Shown: positions 10,796 to 24,139, numbered from the stretch's first letter. The stretch is 64,000 nucleotides of DNA from Chiloscyllium plagiosum (GCF_004010195.1 NC_057758.1:4188962-4252961), one strand, 5' to 3'. Translations and numbers: made by a program. The notes: a model not told the origin generated them from the letters alone.

Positions 10796-11689
10796 TTCTT
10801 TTAAGCAAACGTCGATCGATATTCTGGCAGTGATTCAGCTGACCTAACCGCTTAATTTTAAACAAGATAAACAAGATTATCAAATAGTTGTCAAACAAGA
10901 GAACCGAATGCAAAATGCATAAACCAATCTGAAAACCCAACAGAATATCCCAACATAATGAAACTGTTACAAATACTTGCAACTATCACCATAAACAAGC
11001 CTTTGCAAAAAAAAAGAAAATTGAAAGAGTTTTTTTTCTGCACAGATAGGCCAGACAGAGAGAGAATCAGCAGTGACATGCTTCTTTAACTCCAGCAGCT
11101 TCATAACTGGCTGCTTGAAAAAAGAAACAAAATAATGTATAACTGTGTTGGGTGAACCGGCCATTCTGCTTTCATTGGGCAAGCGTATTTTCTTTTCAAA
11201 TTGGATGCATTTTATTTGAGACAGTATCTGTTAGCTGGAAACAAATTGGCCTTAACACCCTTTAAACCTAGAAACCCGTGAACCTGTGTATTTACCATTC
11301 CTCTGAGACGAGACAAGGGCAACATAACCTTGTTAAAAGAGCAGCATCATTACACATGTCTTAGCTCAATGAATTCCGTTATACCGGGTCATCTGCATGC
11401 CAATTTCTTTGGGCAAAAATCCTTTCCCTGTCCAATAAATTACATCCCCCGTTTCCAACCCGAGACCTGCCCCGGACTGTTAACTCTAAACTTTCACTGG
11501 AAGCTGACTGGTTCAATCTGATATGTCGCCTCAAGTTCTCTGTTCCCTCTTCCCTATTCCACCCTATCTCTCTCTGAACTGATTGGATTCCTTAGACTCA
11601 GAACCAACGCTGACGGTTACTAAGATTGTCTTTAACGGTGTTGCTGCTGTTGTCTGGCCTACTGACCAAACATTACAGAAATTAAGCGT

Positions 11690-12590
11690 TAGCTTCTGGT
11701 CACTTTCTGCTATGTCCACCTGGGTCATGACTCCACCATAGAACATCAGACCAGAGTGTGCTCAATGGTCACTAACCATTTTTATTCTTTGATTTCCTGT
11801 CCGCAGCCTCCACGCTCATAGTCTCCCAACCCCGCACAAGCCCGCTTCTGCCTCATTCCTAAAATTCCCAAAAGGTATTCTCCCGGACATCCATGGTATC
11901 TGTCCACTCTTGCCCCGCAGAACTCAATTCAATGTTTTTTCTCCTCTTCTTCGGTCCAGACCAAAGTACATCTGCCATTCCTCTGACATTTTGCTCCAGT
12001 TTCAAAATTTCCAGCTGGCTGCAGCCAGCATGTCTTTCCAATGGGGCGTGCAATGCCTTCACACCTCCACTCCCATTAGGGTGCGCTGAGTGCTCACTGC
12101 ATCTTCTTGAACAAAGGCCCCATCCATCATGGCTCTCCTCTGCCTGGCTCAACTTAGCCTCACACTGAATAACGGCTCTTTTAGCTCCTCTTACTTTCTT
12201 CAGGTCAGAGGGGTGTCCATTGGTTCCTGTATTTTCCAAAATGTAGCTTTTCTCATTGTGGGACACTTGGGACATTCCGTATTCCAGTCGGACTACCGTC
12301 CCTTCCCACAAATCTTTCTCCAGGGTATCGATGACATTATCAGCATTGCTTCACTTTCTCACGCAGAATTATAAAATTTTACCTATTTCACTTTCACTTT
12401 CTAATCTGCTCCCACCATCACCTGGTCCCTTCCCTTCCTCGACATCTCCATTTTTTTTTGCAGATCGGTTGTCCACGAATATCCACTACAAACCTACTGA
12501 CACACACAATTACTTTAAATATATCTCCTCACATTTTGCTTTATATGAAGCCCCTATTCCATTCTCCAAGTTCCTCCATCTCTGTCGCAA
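11690..12590 (+). mobile_element. Penelope-like element, decayed RT fragment
   Basis: Peptides FLQVRGVSIGS, DRLSTNIHYKPTDTHNY and IPFSKFLHLCR; the last matches the RT C-terminal segment of the younger copy at 55.4-56.4 kb. Confidence 0.75.
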
Positions 12591-13385
12591 GGACATAACG
12601 TTGTCAAAGAAGCGACATGGTCACACTGTCTCCATGTATCATTTACTCGCACGCTCCTTTCCATTCCAAATTCCCAACCCATCTTCTGCAGAAACAAAAA
12701 TCATTTTCCTCAATGCCACCAGTCCTGAACAAGTGTCTTTGGACTTGTAATATTAACACTGACTTATTTCCAAATATCCTACCAAACCTGCTCAGACTTT
12801 CCAGTGATTCCCGCTTTTCTTTCAGATTTCCAGCATCGACAGCCCTATTGAACTTTTGCCTGATGTACCTTGTGACTTGCATCAGAACTTTGCAGCGTCG
12901 TTTCTGCTCTGGAGCAGCATCTCTTCTCGTTGTTGCACAATTTTCCACCTTAAATAACAAAGTCGTGTCAGAACAGTACTTTGATCATTCTTTTCAAATT
13001 CACCCATGGTGTGCAACAATGAAACAATGACTTGCTCTTCTTTCGAGTCGATAGACCAGAGTTACTCCTTTGCTTGACTTGAATTTCCTTCACTCTCGAC
13101 ACTTAACTGCCTCATGGTCGATTAAGGACGGACCACAATTACTGACCTAAACAGTGACACCAATCTCACGAATGAGTAAAGAATAAAAGCATTTACATTC
13201 TCTACAACTAACTTATGTAGAGGAAATAACTGACGTGATCTTTATTTTCATCATCATCTTTATGTCTTTAACCCAATTGTATTCTCGCACAAAGCAATGC
13301 CAGTCCATACATGGTGTTTTGGTCTCTCACTTGGTTTTCAGTCCTGCAGCCACCCAGACATATTCTCAATATTAAAGTCACAATG

Positions 13386-13593
13386 AGGTAAAAACAATGA
13401 CTGCACATGCTGGAAACCAGATTCTGGATTAGTGGTGCTGGAAGAGCACAGCAGTTCAGGCAGCATCCAAGGAGCAGCGAAATCGACGTTTCGGGCAAAG
13501 GCCCTTCATCAGGGCTTTTGCCCGAAACGTCGATTTCCCTGCTCCTTAAATGCTGCTTTAACGGCTGTGCTCTTCCAGCACCACTAATCCAGA
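13386..13593 (-). mobile_element. Second palindromic Penelope pLTR-derived mini-insertion with 15-bp target-site duplication
   Basis: Inverted arms centred near 13505; attaaagtcacaatg at 13371-13385 and 13594-13608. Confidence 0.85.
13481..13514 (-). ncRNA. Minimal hammerhead ribozyme motif
   Basis: Minus strand CC CTGATGA A GGGC-CTTT-GCCC GAAA CG TC GATT; the 5' strand of stem I is lost at the inversion junction. Confidence 0.55.
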
Positions 13594-15119
13594 ATTAAAG
13601 TCACAATGTCTACTACTAACTAAAGAGATGTGACCATGGCACTGCTTATCTCAGTGGCGCAGAGTGTTCATAATAATCTTCATTCATGTAAGCTTGTCTC
13701 GTGAACTATAAGATGTCTATTGCACGTTCAGCCAACTTTCCGAGACAGATGAACATCAATTTCATATTCTATCCGGTCCCCATATTTCCACTTAAAGAAA
13801 AATTCCAATCGTTCACCTTCCTGCAAACATTGATCCAGACTGACGTTGCTGCGTCTCTCTGAGTCTGCGACGTGACCTATCCCAATGTTTTGAAGTAATG
13901 TTGTAAGTCCTTCATTTATTATTCTGCCTTCTTTATTCATTCGTGAGATACTTCCTTTCAATACTGATAACGCAACATTTTTTCCTGATTCGACTTTAAT
14001 TGCATTATTTTATTTCCAGAACAACTTTCGACAGCTTTGTTCGAGCAAAGCTGATACAATCAACTGTTCGACTCAAACTTTAACAGTTATCTCACCAAGT
14101 CTCACTGATTTGTCGTTATGTTTCTTGCTGTGTGTGCTGTTTTGACTTTTTACCCTAATTATTGCTAAATATAATAACTTGATTTGTAGCGATATCACGA
14201 TGTTTCGGACCTTTCCGTGGGTGTTATGCATATTATTCCCTCCTCTCTTTGGTGTAATCCATTTTATGAAGAAACCTATTTTCATTCATTGTTATATCTG
14301 CATTTTATGGAAATATGTGAATTTATGTTCTAAAGCTGATAATTTACAGTTATTGTTGGTTTTCTTTAATTGCCAGATATTTAATTTCCCGATATTAATA
14401 CAATTCTTCAATGCTCTGAGAAGTTTTGAACAGGAACGCACCCGATCCTTGTGATCTATATACATTTGTTTTAGAAATGCCATCTTTGAAAATACACTTG
14501 GTCACTAGTTTCAAGTAAATTTTCTTTCCTCTGAGATGGCTTTTCTGATTTTGTTTTCTACGTGTAACATCGCTTTTCAACTTGGTTTTCATGTTTTCAC
14601 CGCCAAACTCTTCTTCAGCATTTCTTTCCAATTTCACAGTTCTCTTAGTGTTTCGTCACTTTTTTTGTCGAGTTCGTCAGCAGGCTGCACATGATTAACT
14701 TCTCCAACCTTCACCCCCACCAAACATCACCACCTCCAACCATATGCACATCAGTATTTTGCTGTTTGACCTTTCATGTGATTCGTTATGCGTTTGCATA
14801 TGACATTGTCTGGCCTGTCTCTGCCTTGGAAAATCGTTGTGGTTGCTTTGACATACTCTGTGTTCCTCTTCTGCCAATGTTGTCTGTTTCAGGGTGGTTT
14901 CCTGGTTTTGTTGCTCAGCGCGCTCGTTCGCATTGCCAATTGGTAGCACACAGCAATATCCTGGCGATCCATTCACTGCTTCGCACAGTGTTCCTGTCTA
15001 ATATCTATCAAAACTATTCTTGTTTGGCCGTTTTGAAAAAGATACTTCTTTCATCTCTTCTGAGCACACAACTTTCACGTCAGTGTGGGCCACACTCACT
15101 CTGAGCTATTGACTTGAGA

Positions 15120-15765
15120 TATAAAGGTACAACATTGTAACGTCTGCAGTGGATTAGTGGGACCTTAGTGTTCGGGAGCAAGGATCTTTGAAAGTGTGGT
15201 CACACGTAGGAAGGGCAGTAAAGAAGACGTTGCGCCTTCTTCAGTCTCGGCATTGAGCATAGAGGTTGGGCGTTATGTTTCAGTTGTACATGATATTAGT
15301 GATGGCCGCATTGGTGTATTGTGCTCAGTCTTGATCACCTTGTTGTCGGAAGGATGTTACTAAACTGGAAAGCGTACGGGAAAGAATTACAGTAATGTTG
15401 CCAGGATTCAAGGATCTGTGTTAGAGAGCCGTGGTTAGGTTAAATGCACTTGGTCATTTTTAGCAGCGTCGGGGAATCGAAAACTAGAGGGCATCAGTTT
15501 ATGTTTAGACAGAAAAGAATAAAAGGGAACCTGAAATGCAAATTTATTTGCAAAGAGGGAGGTACAGATATGAGCTGCAAGCGGAAGTGGTGGGAGTGGG
15601 TACATTAACATTTAAAAGCAATTTGGTAGAATACATGAAAGGGAAAGGTTTAGAGGGATATGGGTCAAGATTGCGGAAATGGTTTTGATGGACATTTTGT
15701 TCAGGATGGACTTGTTTTGGTAGAAGGGCCTGTCTCAATGATGCAGGACTCTATGACTCTATGAG
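15120..15765 (+). mobile_element. CR1 LINE 3' fragment
   Basis: Typical CR1 3' end (aaactagagggcat..ttta; ttagagggatatggg) ending in an actctatgactctatga tail. Confidence 0.8.
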
Positions 15766-18364
15766 TGACAGTACTGTGAACCAATACTCATTCTTTAACA
15801 TGATTTGTTCAGTGGTAAGTATAAGGCTTATGCTATATTCCGATATATTATAGTCCAAAGAAATTACTAACTGCGAACCACAGTTGAACTGTTTGATACC
15901 TCGAGTAAAATCCATCGTTCAGCAATATCCGAACTGAGTTCGCAGCTCCACTTCCCTGTCTGCAGCTGATCATTATTGAGTCCTTTTCTGAGCAGAACTT
16001 GATCCAGTTCAATATTGAATAAACTGAAAGGCACAGAGTCTCCAAACCCCTCTGACAAACCCGAACAATTCTGTTGGAGAACAGAATTCCCTGAAACGGA
16101 TTCTTAATAAAATGATGATGTGTAGACAACCAAAAGAACTACATGAGACTGTCTACCTCCGTTTTGGCAATGCAGTCGAACTGAAAACTTCAATAACCCC
16201 GAAAACTGAACAGACTGGTTCATAACCAGGCCTTTTAAATCACCATTAAGACATGTACTTAGCCATTGTTAGTGTGATCGTGAGTGTGTTCTACAATCTT
16301 CACCTCTTCCTTCGAATGTCCCTATCTACATGCAAAGATAATCTCACTTCCAGTAATGTATCTTGCACTCACTCCTGCTCCAGCATTGATTGTCTGTCGC
16401 ACCGTGTCTCTGAAGGACTCTACAAAGAAAGATGAAAGCATTGTTTTTGCTGAAGATCGACATTGTGCTTGTTGACCCCATCTCGACTGATGGAGAATCG
16501 AGACTAAGAATATTACGTCCTGAGCAGTGCATCTCTCCGTAAACTAACTGCAGGAGCAGAATGAGTTGCTTGCAATTGAACTCTGAGCGACATTTTAACC
16601 TTAATTCCAACAGCCCAGATTGGTGCTGAACGCAGTCAACTCAGTTCGAAATGAAAAGTTGTCGCCTCATTTTCGAGCCTTGTCAAAGAACTGTTCAGTG
16701 TAACTTCCTAAAGTAGCCATTGTTAAATGCTATCCACCGAGGAGCTCCCGTTAGTTGCCTCATTCAAATGTTGTACAGGGAAAAGTTTTCAAATCTTACT
16801 TTGACTCGACTGTTCAGATCATTGCAATCTCCTCCTCTTCCACGCCTCCCGAAACAATTTCAGATACCCATACCCTCTATTTCAGATTAATTCCAAGAGA
16901 TACGACAGTGTGCCCATTGCTGGGTGTTTCTTCAGCTGCCTGGGTTAAAAGCTGTGGAACAGCAGCTGTTAACAGACTCAACTCTCTCGTTCCTTTAGGC
17001 AGACGTTAAAAGAAAACTTTGTGGAATTGTATTTTAACGAATCATGTTAGTCCTTCTGTTTGTCCATGTTAAGTTTTTCCTAGTGTTCCTGTGTTGCATA
17101 ACGGAATATGGATGTTCAGAATTGGATTTCAGTTCGGTAATTTTGATGTTTTCCGTTTTTTGTTACTAAGGAAGCGTAGATCAACCCTCTTTGGAGGAGT
17201 GTGGTTGTGCATGAGGAGAGTGAGATTTGCCCCGTGTTGTCAGGAGGGGAACCACGCTCCATTTCAAAAGTTGGGATGATTGGGGGAAAGACTCAGTGGA
17301 TTGCGCTCTTCCCTCGCAGCTAGAAGGGAGAATGTTCAAAGAGGCCGGATGAGATAAAGGCAAATGCTGGTTACACTAAACCACACAGCTTTGTCCCAAG
17401 ACGCATATGCAACTCCAAATATTTCCAAAGTGTTTTTTAGTCCCCATTTTTGATGACCAGTGAAAGATATGGGTCTCCACCTACAGCTATCACTCACATA
17501 TTCAGCAGCATTTAGACTCTGAGACCAGAGACCCCTTCCAGTGCTGTTAATCGGGGTGGGTTCCATTCACAACCATTCGTTCAATGTGACTGCGTCCAGA
17601 TTTTGTGCTTTCTGGCGATTGTCTCTGAAATTTTGCCTTTCAAAATTGAATCCAACCCCTCATTTTGGTCTGTGGTGTTGTATGGAGGAACATTTATGAA
17701 GGGAGTGTGCCACCAAGTGCGGCTCACAGAGTCTGACTGTCAGACCTCTGTTCTCAGAGAGGAACAATCGAGACAGCCTTCACGGTGGATACTCAAAGTG
17801 CATTAAGTGTAATACATCCAGTGTTTTTTCTACTTTCTGTGCTTCTTTTGAACGATGGATAACATTTACACACTTAACTGCATCGGTGGAACAGATTACT
17901 CCGACAAAACCGTATTATTGATTGTGTGGTTTTGCAGTGCATTCACCAGTTCTACCGTTCTTACAGGATCACAGCTCACTAGTAATTCGTTGTCATCCCA
18001 AGTCACAGGAGAAAAGTCTCATTTTGACCCTTCGTTTACCTGGTCTCAGTTTTCTGCTTTCTCCTGATCACTCCCATTCGTTCCTTCGCCATTTGTTTTT
18101 CTCTCTCTTTCTCTCCCTGCCTATCTCTATCTCTATTTATGATCACATCACTTTCTTTAAATCTCTCTCGCTGTCGTCCCCCACATTCCTCACTTTTCCT
18201 CTCATAATTTTGATTATATCTGTCATTCTGTATTCCACTGTCTTCAGCAGTTTCACGAGTTGATTCTTCAGTTCCTTTGCAACTTCCTCTAACACTGTCC
18301 CTCAACAGTTTTCTATCACTCTGACGCATCCAGCTGCCTCAGATGTTCAAATCTTTCTTTGACA

Positions 18365-19440
18365 TTATTTAGTCTTGGGCCCAGCATTTATGATCGATTC
18401 ATAATTACTCCTTGATAAGGCAGTAGTGAGCTGTCTAATTGAGTCGCTGAATTAATGGGGAATCAGTAGATCTATAGCGCCGGTACAGAGGGAATTCCGG
18501 GACATTGACCAAGTGACACTAAAGGAATGCTAAAAAAATGTCCGAGTTATTTTGGAAAGTATCTTGGAACGTACGGTTTTAATCTTCCAATGTATCTGCT
18601 GTCGTTCTCCTTGCAGGAAGTTGTGCGAAGATGATACCGAAGGAGCATTGCAGAATTTCTGCATGGCACATTGTAAGTAGTACACAGAAAGTGGTGGATA
18701 CTCGTGAATGTGGACCAGAGGCAATCCGTCTATTTTATCGACATAGCTGTTATCAGAGGTGCACGGGCTTTTGTTCTGCATCAATTTCTCCTTTAATTTG
18801 TCTTGGAACAAAAGCCCTGTTCCAAAGAAACTTGTAGTTATGTTGTCAATATTGCAGGCTACTTTATCCCGAATGATGCCGAGGTTCTAGAGTTGTATTA
18901 GAGCTGCATCCATCCAGGCACCTGTGGAGTATTCCATTCCACTTCTGACTTGTGCATATTCGATGATGCTTCATGAACAGCTCATGTTAGAAACGTCGAT
19001 TCCCCTGCTCCTCACATGCGGTCTGACGAGTTGTGTTTTTCCAGCACCACACTCTCGTCTTTGATCTCCAACATCTGCAGTTCTCACTTTCTCCCAGGCT
19101 TTGGAGGACGTCAGGTTAGTTGCACACTGCAGGATTGCTAGTCTCTGACGTGCTCTTGGATGCATTGAATGAATTTGGGAACTTCTGTTCATTTTCTGGT
19201 GAACAGTAACTCCTTAGACGCTCGTTGCAAGGGAATTCAATGATGGTAATTTGATTGATCGTCAAGGGGGGATTGTTAGATTCCATCCCAATAGCAATAT
19301 CCAGGATATTAATGGTTATTGAATTTGATAATCTTAACACCAAGTACTGTTGGTTACATTGTCTCTCAAAGGTAACCCTGATTACATTGATTCAGTGATG
19401 AGGATGCAATTGAACGGCAAGTAGCAAGAATGTGATTCCT
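18365..19440 (-). mobile_element. Decayed L2/CR1-clade LINE 3' portion, interrupted by a degenerate Penelope pLTR fragment (~18965-19097, +)
   Basis: cccagcattta..ccttga..aggcagtagtgagctg 3' motif; minus-strand peptide ARQRLAILQCATNL; the insert has gaaacgtcgattcccctgctcc..catctgcagttctcactttctcc. Confidence 0.55.
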
Positions 19441-20185
19441 TTTAATGGCAACTTCCAGCGTATTGAAAATGCGGGGGGGCGGGGGGGGGGAGGGGGGGCA
19501 TACAGCCATGGAAAGACCATATTATTTCAACGGGCTGCCGTGGGAGTGTATCTTCATGGAAATGGTCATTTCCTGGCGTTTCAGTGGTAAAAGTGTTCTT
19601 GCGAATTTTCAGCCAAAGTTTCTCAAGTTCAGTCATTGCTGATTTTGTAAATATTGCCTCTGAAGTGAAGCTGTCCTGTCGCCAGTCGCCATCCTGTCTG
19701 TCACCCTTCAGTTATGTTGCAAAACATAAGTTAGTATTCAATATGAGTCAACAGCTTGCTGCCTGTTTACGAAAACAATGCATAAGCTCTCGATTAGTTA
19801 ATCCCCAAAATCATGAGTTTAATCCATTACATATTGTGAAACATGGTGCGTACATGTGGGGAGAGAAGGGAGACATGCACGCACACACCCTTTCATAGAT
19901 ACACGAATAGTCATCCCTTCAGGTATACGCACAACAAAAGCATGATTTCAAAATGGAGAAGCAGAGGGTGGAAGGAAGAGACACAACTGGGTAAACCAAC
20001 GACGGCAGTGAATAGAGAAATAGCGATATTCAGGATTGCACAAGAGGATAGTAACGCAATTGCGAAAGAGGGGGTGAAGAATAATAAGCAGAGAGAAAGA
20101 AGTAAAGGAATATCGAGAATGAGAGTATGCAGAGAGTGAGGAAAATTAAGAGAGAAGGAAAGAGAGAGCGAGAGTGAGAATTTTT

Positions 20186-20492
20186 TTAGATTAGATTACT
20201 TACAGTGTGGAAACAGGCCCTTCGGCCCAACAAGTCCACACCAACCCGCGGAAGCGCAACCCACCCATTCCCCTACATTTACCCCTTTTACCTAACACTA
20301 CGGGCAATTTAGCATGGCCAATTCACCTGACCTGCACATCTTTGGACTGTGGGAGGAAACCGGAGCACCCGGAGGAAACCCACGCAGACACGAGGAGAAT
20401 GTGCAAACTCCACACAGTCAGAGGCCTGAATCGGGAATTGAACCCAGGTCTCTGGCGCTGTGAGGCAGCAGAGCTAACCACTGTGCCACCGT
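20186..20492 (-). mobile_element. HE1-type SINE, near full length and low divergence
   Basis: Reverse complement of head (ggtggcacagtggttagc..gggttcaattccc), core and (aatct)n tail. Confidence 0.92.
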
Positions 20493-21229
20493 CAGAAAGA
20501 TAGAGAATAGAAGGTCGACATTCATCTGGGTGCTGGACACGTTCCCATGAAATGCCACAGTAAACAAATTACTGACGAAGTGTGGCCATTGCGCGTGGCA
20601 AACAAGTTGAGATCCTGTAAGCTAGACAGAATTGGATAACGATCGTGCATGCTTCTAAAGTCCATCTCTGTAAACATGCAGCATGAAAGTGTCCAAATGT
20701 TTTGGTCCTAAACCTGACTTTTGGAGCACGTCAGTATGAGGATGAAAGGTGTTAAGTGGCCTTCCAGACCACCTAAACTGCTGCAGAGCACTTCCAATGA
20801 ATCTCGGTCTCTCACCTGTTCAATCCTCCAGCCTCCATCCAGATAACAAATTCATTGATTCTCTTCGAGTCAGAAAGGAGCTACATGAACCACGGAGACT
20901 GGCAATAAGTGTAAGCGACTCAATACATTTCACAGACATCAGTTCTGGGGCTACAATAATTCAACACGGTGAGGAATATTTTTCATATTCAGATTCCTCA
21001 GGGGTTATGGGGAGAAAGTGAAAATATGGTGTTGACTTTGACAACATGGAATGGCACAACAGGTGGAAAGGCCTGATCGGCTTCTGTCTGCTCCGAGAAT
21101 TCTTTTATTCTGGGACTCTCTGCCTTCTGTATGTCTCTGTGTATCTGTCCGTAAATGATCGATCAGTCCTGATCATGTAGAAAGATGAAGCAGGTGTAAT
21201 GAGCTGCATGGTTTATTTCTGTTGCTGTT

Positions 21230-21615
21230 GTTGTTGTTGTGTGTATGTGTGTGTATACATCTGTGTGTGTGTGGTTGTGTGCATATCATTCCGTACACGT
21301 GTGTGTCTGTTTGTCTTGAGTGTATGTGTTTGTGTGTGAGTATGTGTGCCTTTATTGATGCATGCATGTGTGTGTACGTGTGTGCGTGAAGGTGTGAGTG
21401 GACGTGTGGGTGTGTGCGTATGTGGCGGTGTATGTGGTTGTGTATATATATTTGTAGTTAGGGGACTATATGTGTATATGTGGGCAGGTGTGCATATATG
21501 TGCGTGTGTGGTGAATATTTTTGTAAGTATGAATGTGCATGTGTGCGGGTATGTGTGTATGTGTGTGGCACGTATGTGTGTATGTGTGTGTGTTTGTACT
21601 TGTTTGTGCATGTAT
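21230..21615. repeat. Degenerate (TG)n-rich simple repeat
   Basis: Interrupted TG/TA dinucleotide runs. Confidence 0.85.
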
Positions 21616-21979
21616 GTCCCTCTCTTTTTTCCCACCCTGATCACACTGAGCAATGGATCAAGCTCGATGGGTCGATTGACCGACTGTGACAGCCATTTTC
21701 TATGTTTCCATGGGAAACTCCACATCGAAGAGGCTGCAATGAACTGAAATAGGGTCAGGAGTCCAAGGATGAAGAACAATATTTACTTCATGTTCTGGTC
21801 AGTTCCTCCGGGCCTGCACAGGGCAGAGGGCAAAGTGAATCTTACACCAAGTGCAATTCCAGACCCACAGATATGTTCTCCAAAAGCCCAACACCAAGAG
21901 GCAAGTGAGAAGCGGAGGGCTCCATCCTGATACTAGGAAGAGGACACAAATAACCCATCTGTCAATTTGAGCCAAGTAT

Positions 21980-23125
21980 CCCAATGTCTCTCTCTCTGTC
22001 TGTCTCTCTCACACTCTCTATGTCTTGTTCTCATTTTCTCAACATATCACTTTCTGTGTCTGTTTCACTCTATTTCCTTTTCTCTTGTGCCTCCCAATCT
22101 ATACTTCTCTCACCTTCTTGCTCATTACTTTGCATTTCTCTGTCACTCACTATTTGTCTGTACCTCTGTCACGACATCTCCCGCTCTCTCATCTTTCTTA
22201 ATCTCTTTGTCCCTCGATTGTCCAACTCACTATCTCACTTTCTCGCTCTCAATAATCTGTTACGCTGTTTTTATGTCGCTATCTGCCACTCACTCCCTCA
22301 TTTCTCTCATACTTTAGCTTTTCACGCATATATTGTTCAAGCTGTCTTTGTCATTCACTGTCTGCCTTGCTATCGCGCTCTCTCCCTCAGTCTGACTGTT
22401 GGTTTGTTTGTCTCCCTCTACACCTCGACTCTTATTTCTCTCACTGTCTTTTGTCGCCCTTCCTTACATTGTCTGACTCACTATTTCTCATTTCATTTTC
22501 ACTCACTTTGTATCATCCTGATTCATTCTTAATCTTCCTGTCTCTCACTCTGTGTCTGTTGTGTCTGGTACTCTCTGTCTCTCTCTTACTATGTATGCCT
22601 TATTTTCATTTTCACCTTATATCTGTCACTGTATTGTCTAACGCAACCTCTGTATGACTCCCTTGTTTATATCTCTGTCGCTCAATCTCTCCATCTCCAC
22701 TTTCCAACTCTCTTTATCTGCTGTCAATTAATCTCACAGTCTCGTTCGCACAATTTCCGTCTTTCTTGAATCAATTACTTTCTCCAGTTCTCTTACTCGC
22801 CGTTTCCCTCCCGCTATCTCCTTCTCTCACATTGTCTCCTTGTGCCTGTTACTCTCTCTGTCACTATCTCTCTCTACGCGTCTCTGACTCTGAAGATCAG
22901 TGTTTTTCCCGCTCTTTGTTTCATTCTCCCTATCTCTTTGGCTCTCCTATATTCTCTCTCCATCTCTCTTTCTCTGCTTCTCGCATAGTCTCTCTTGTGC
23001 TCAGCCTCTGTATCCCTATTATCTGTCTATTTCTCTCAGTCGACCTGCCGCTGTGTACCTCTCACTCGATTTGACGCTCTGTCTCTCTCACTTCATTTTC
23101 TGATCTGTTTCTCTTACTCTATTTC
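21980..23125. repeat. Long degenerate (CT)n/pyrimidine-rich tract
   Basis: ~1.1 kb with strong C/T strand bias; ORF-track peptides here are S/L/C/F low-complexity. Confidence 0.85.
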
Positions 23126-24139
23126 TGTTTGTAGTGGATCACCAAACATTCGGTTTCATTGTAGACTCCGATCACACTGATTTTGAACTTTGATTCCGGA
23201 TTCTCCAGTGATGGTAGTTTCTCCAATAGCTTTTCACTCCCCCATTGAACAACTTCTTGACTCAGATACCTGGATTAAATACCCTACATAACCTTGTTTG
23301 CTTGAAGATGAACAGATAAAGTCTGACGGTTCTTCTTGCACAATTCTGCTCAGCATTGAGGCACAGCACGAAGCGATTATGGACAAAATCATTCTGAAGA
23401 CGCTGGAGCTGAGTTGCTCCGAATGAACACGTTCGCGACAAGATGAGAGTGCCCTCCTTCCACGAACTGAAGAACTTGAAATGCTGACTCTGCGGTCGGT
23501 TTGCAGAGTAGTACAATGCCAAGTGAGATGTGATGCTGACAATTACTCCACTCACGGTACCTGCATAGTGTCGGCTCACCGCTGGCCCAGCAGTGAGAAA
23601 GGGCTAATAGTGTATCCTGCCTGGTCTTTGGTTGATGCTGTATGAAGATAGAGAATGAAGGGCATCATTGGTTTGAGTAAGTTCCACCATTTTGAGAACC
23701 TCCCTTATTTCATTAACATCTGATAAAGTCAGGGCAAGCTCCATTATACTGCCTTGTCACTTTATAATTTGCATCCGAATTTCGCCAACTCCTTCACTGG
23801 ATCAAATTGCTGATCATGATACCAAGTCCTACACACGGCACCAGAAAGCTGTCGATATGAAGACTTCGACAATGTACATGTTCCGAGTGGAGAACAATCT
23901 AGATATGCTTGTGACCACAGAAGAAGAATGAGGACATTCAGTTCATCAAGATTGCTCAGGCATTCAATGTGCCGTGGCTAATCTGATCATCCCTGACTCT
24001 AGTTTCCTCCTTTTACCCCTTAACCCACAATTTACTTCGTTATTAAACATCGATGTCTGCATCTCAACCTTGACTATACTGACCTATCCAGCTTTAAATC
24101 TCGTATTGGTTCGGTCTTCCACAGATTCACGCCCTTGGG

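Noticed and set aside
21213..23180. Multiple 100-190 aa ORFs
   Set aside because: Products of TG- and CT-rich simple repeats that lack stop codons
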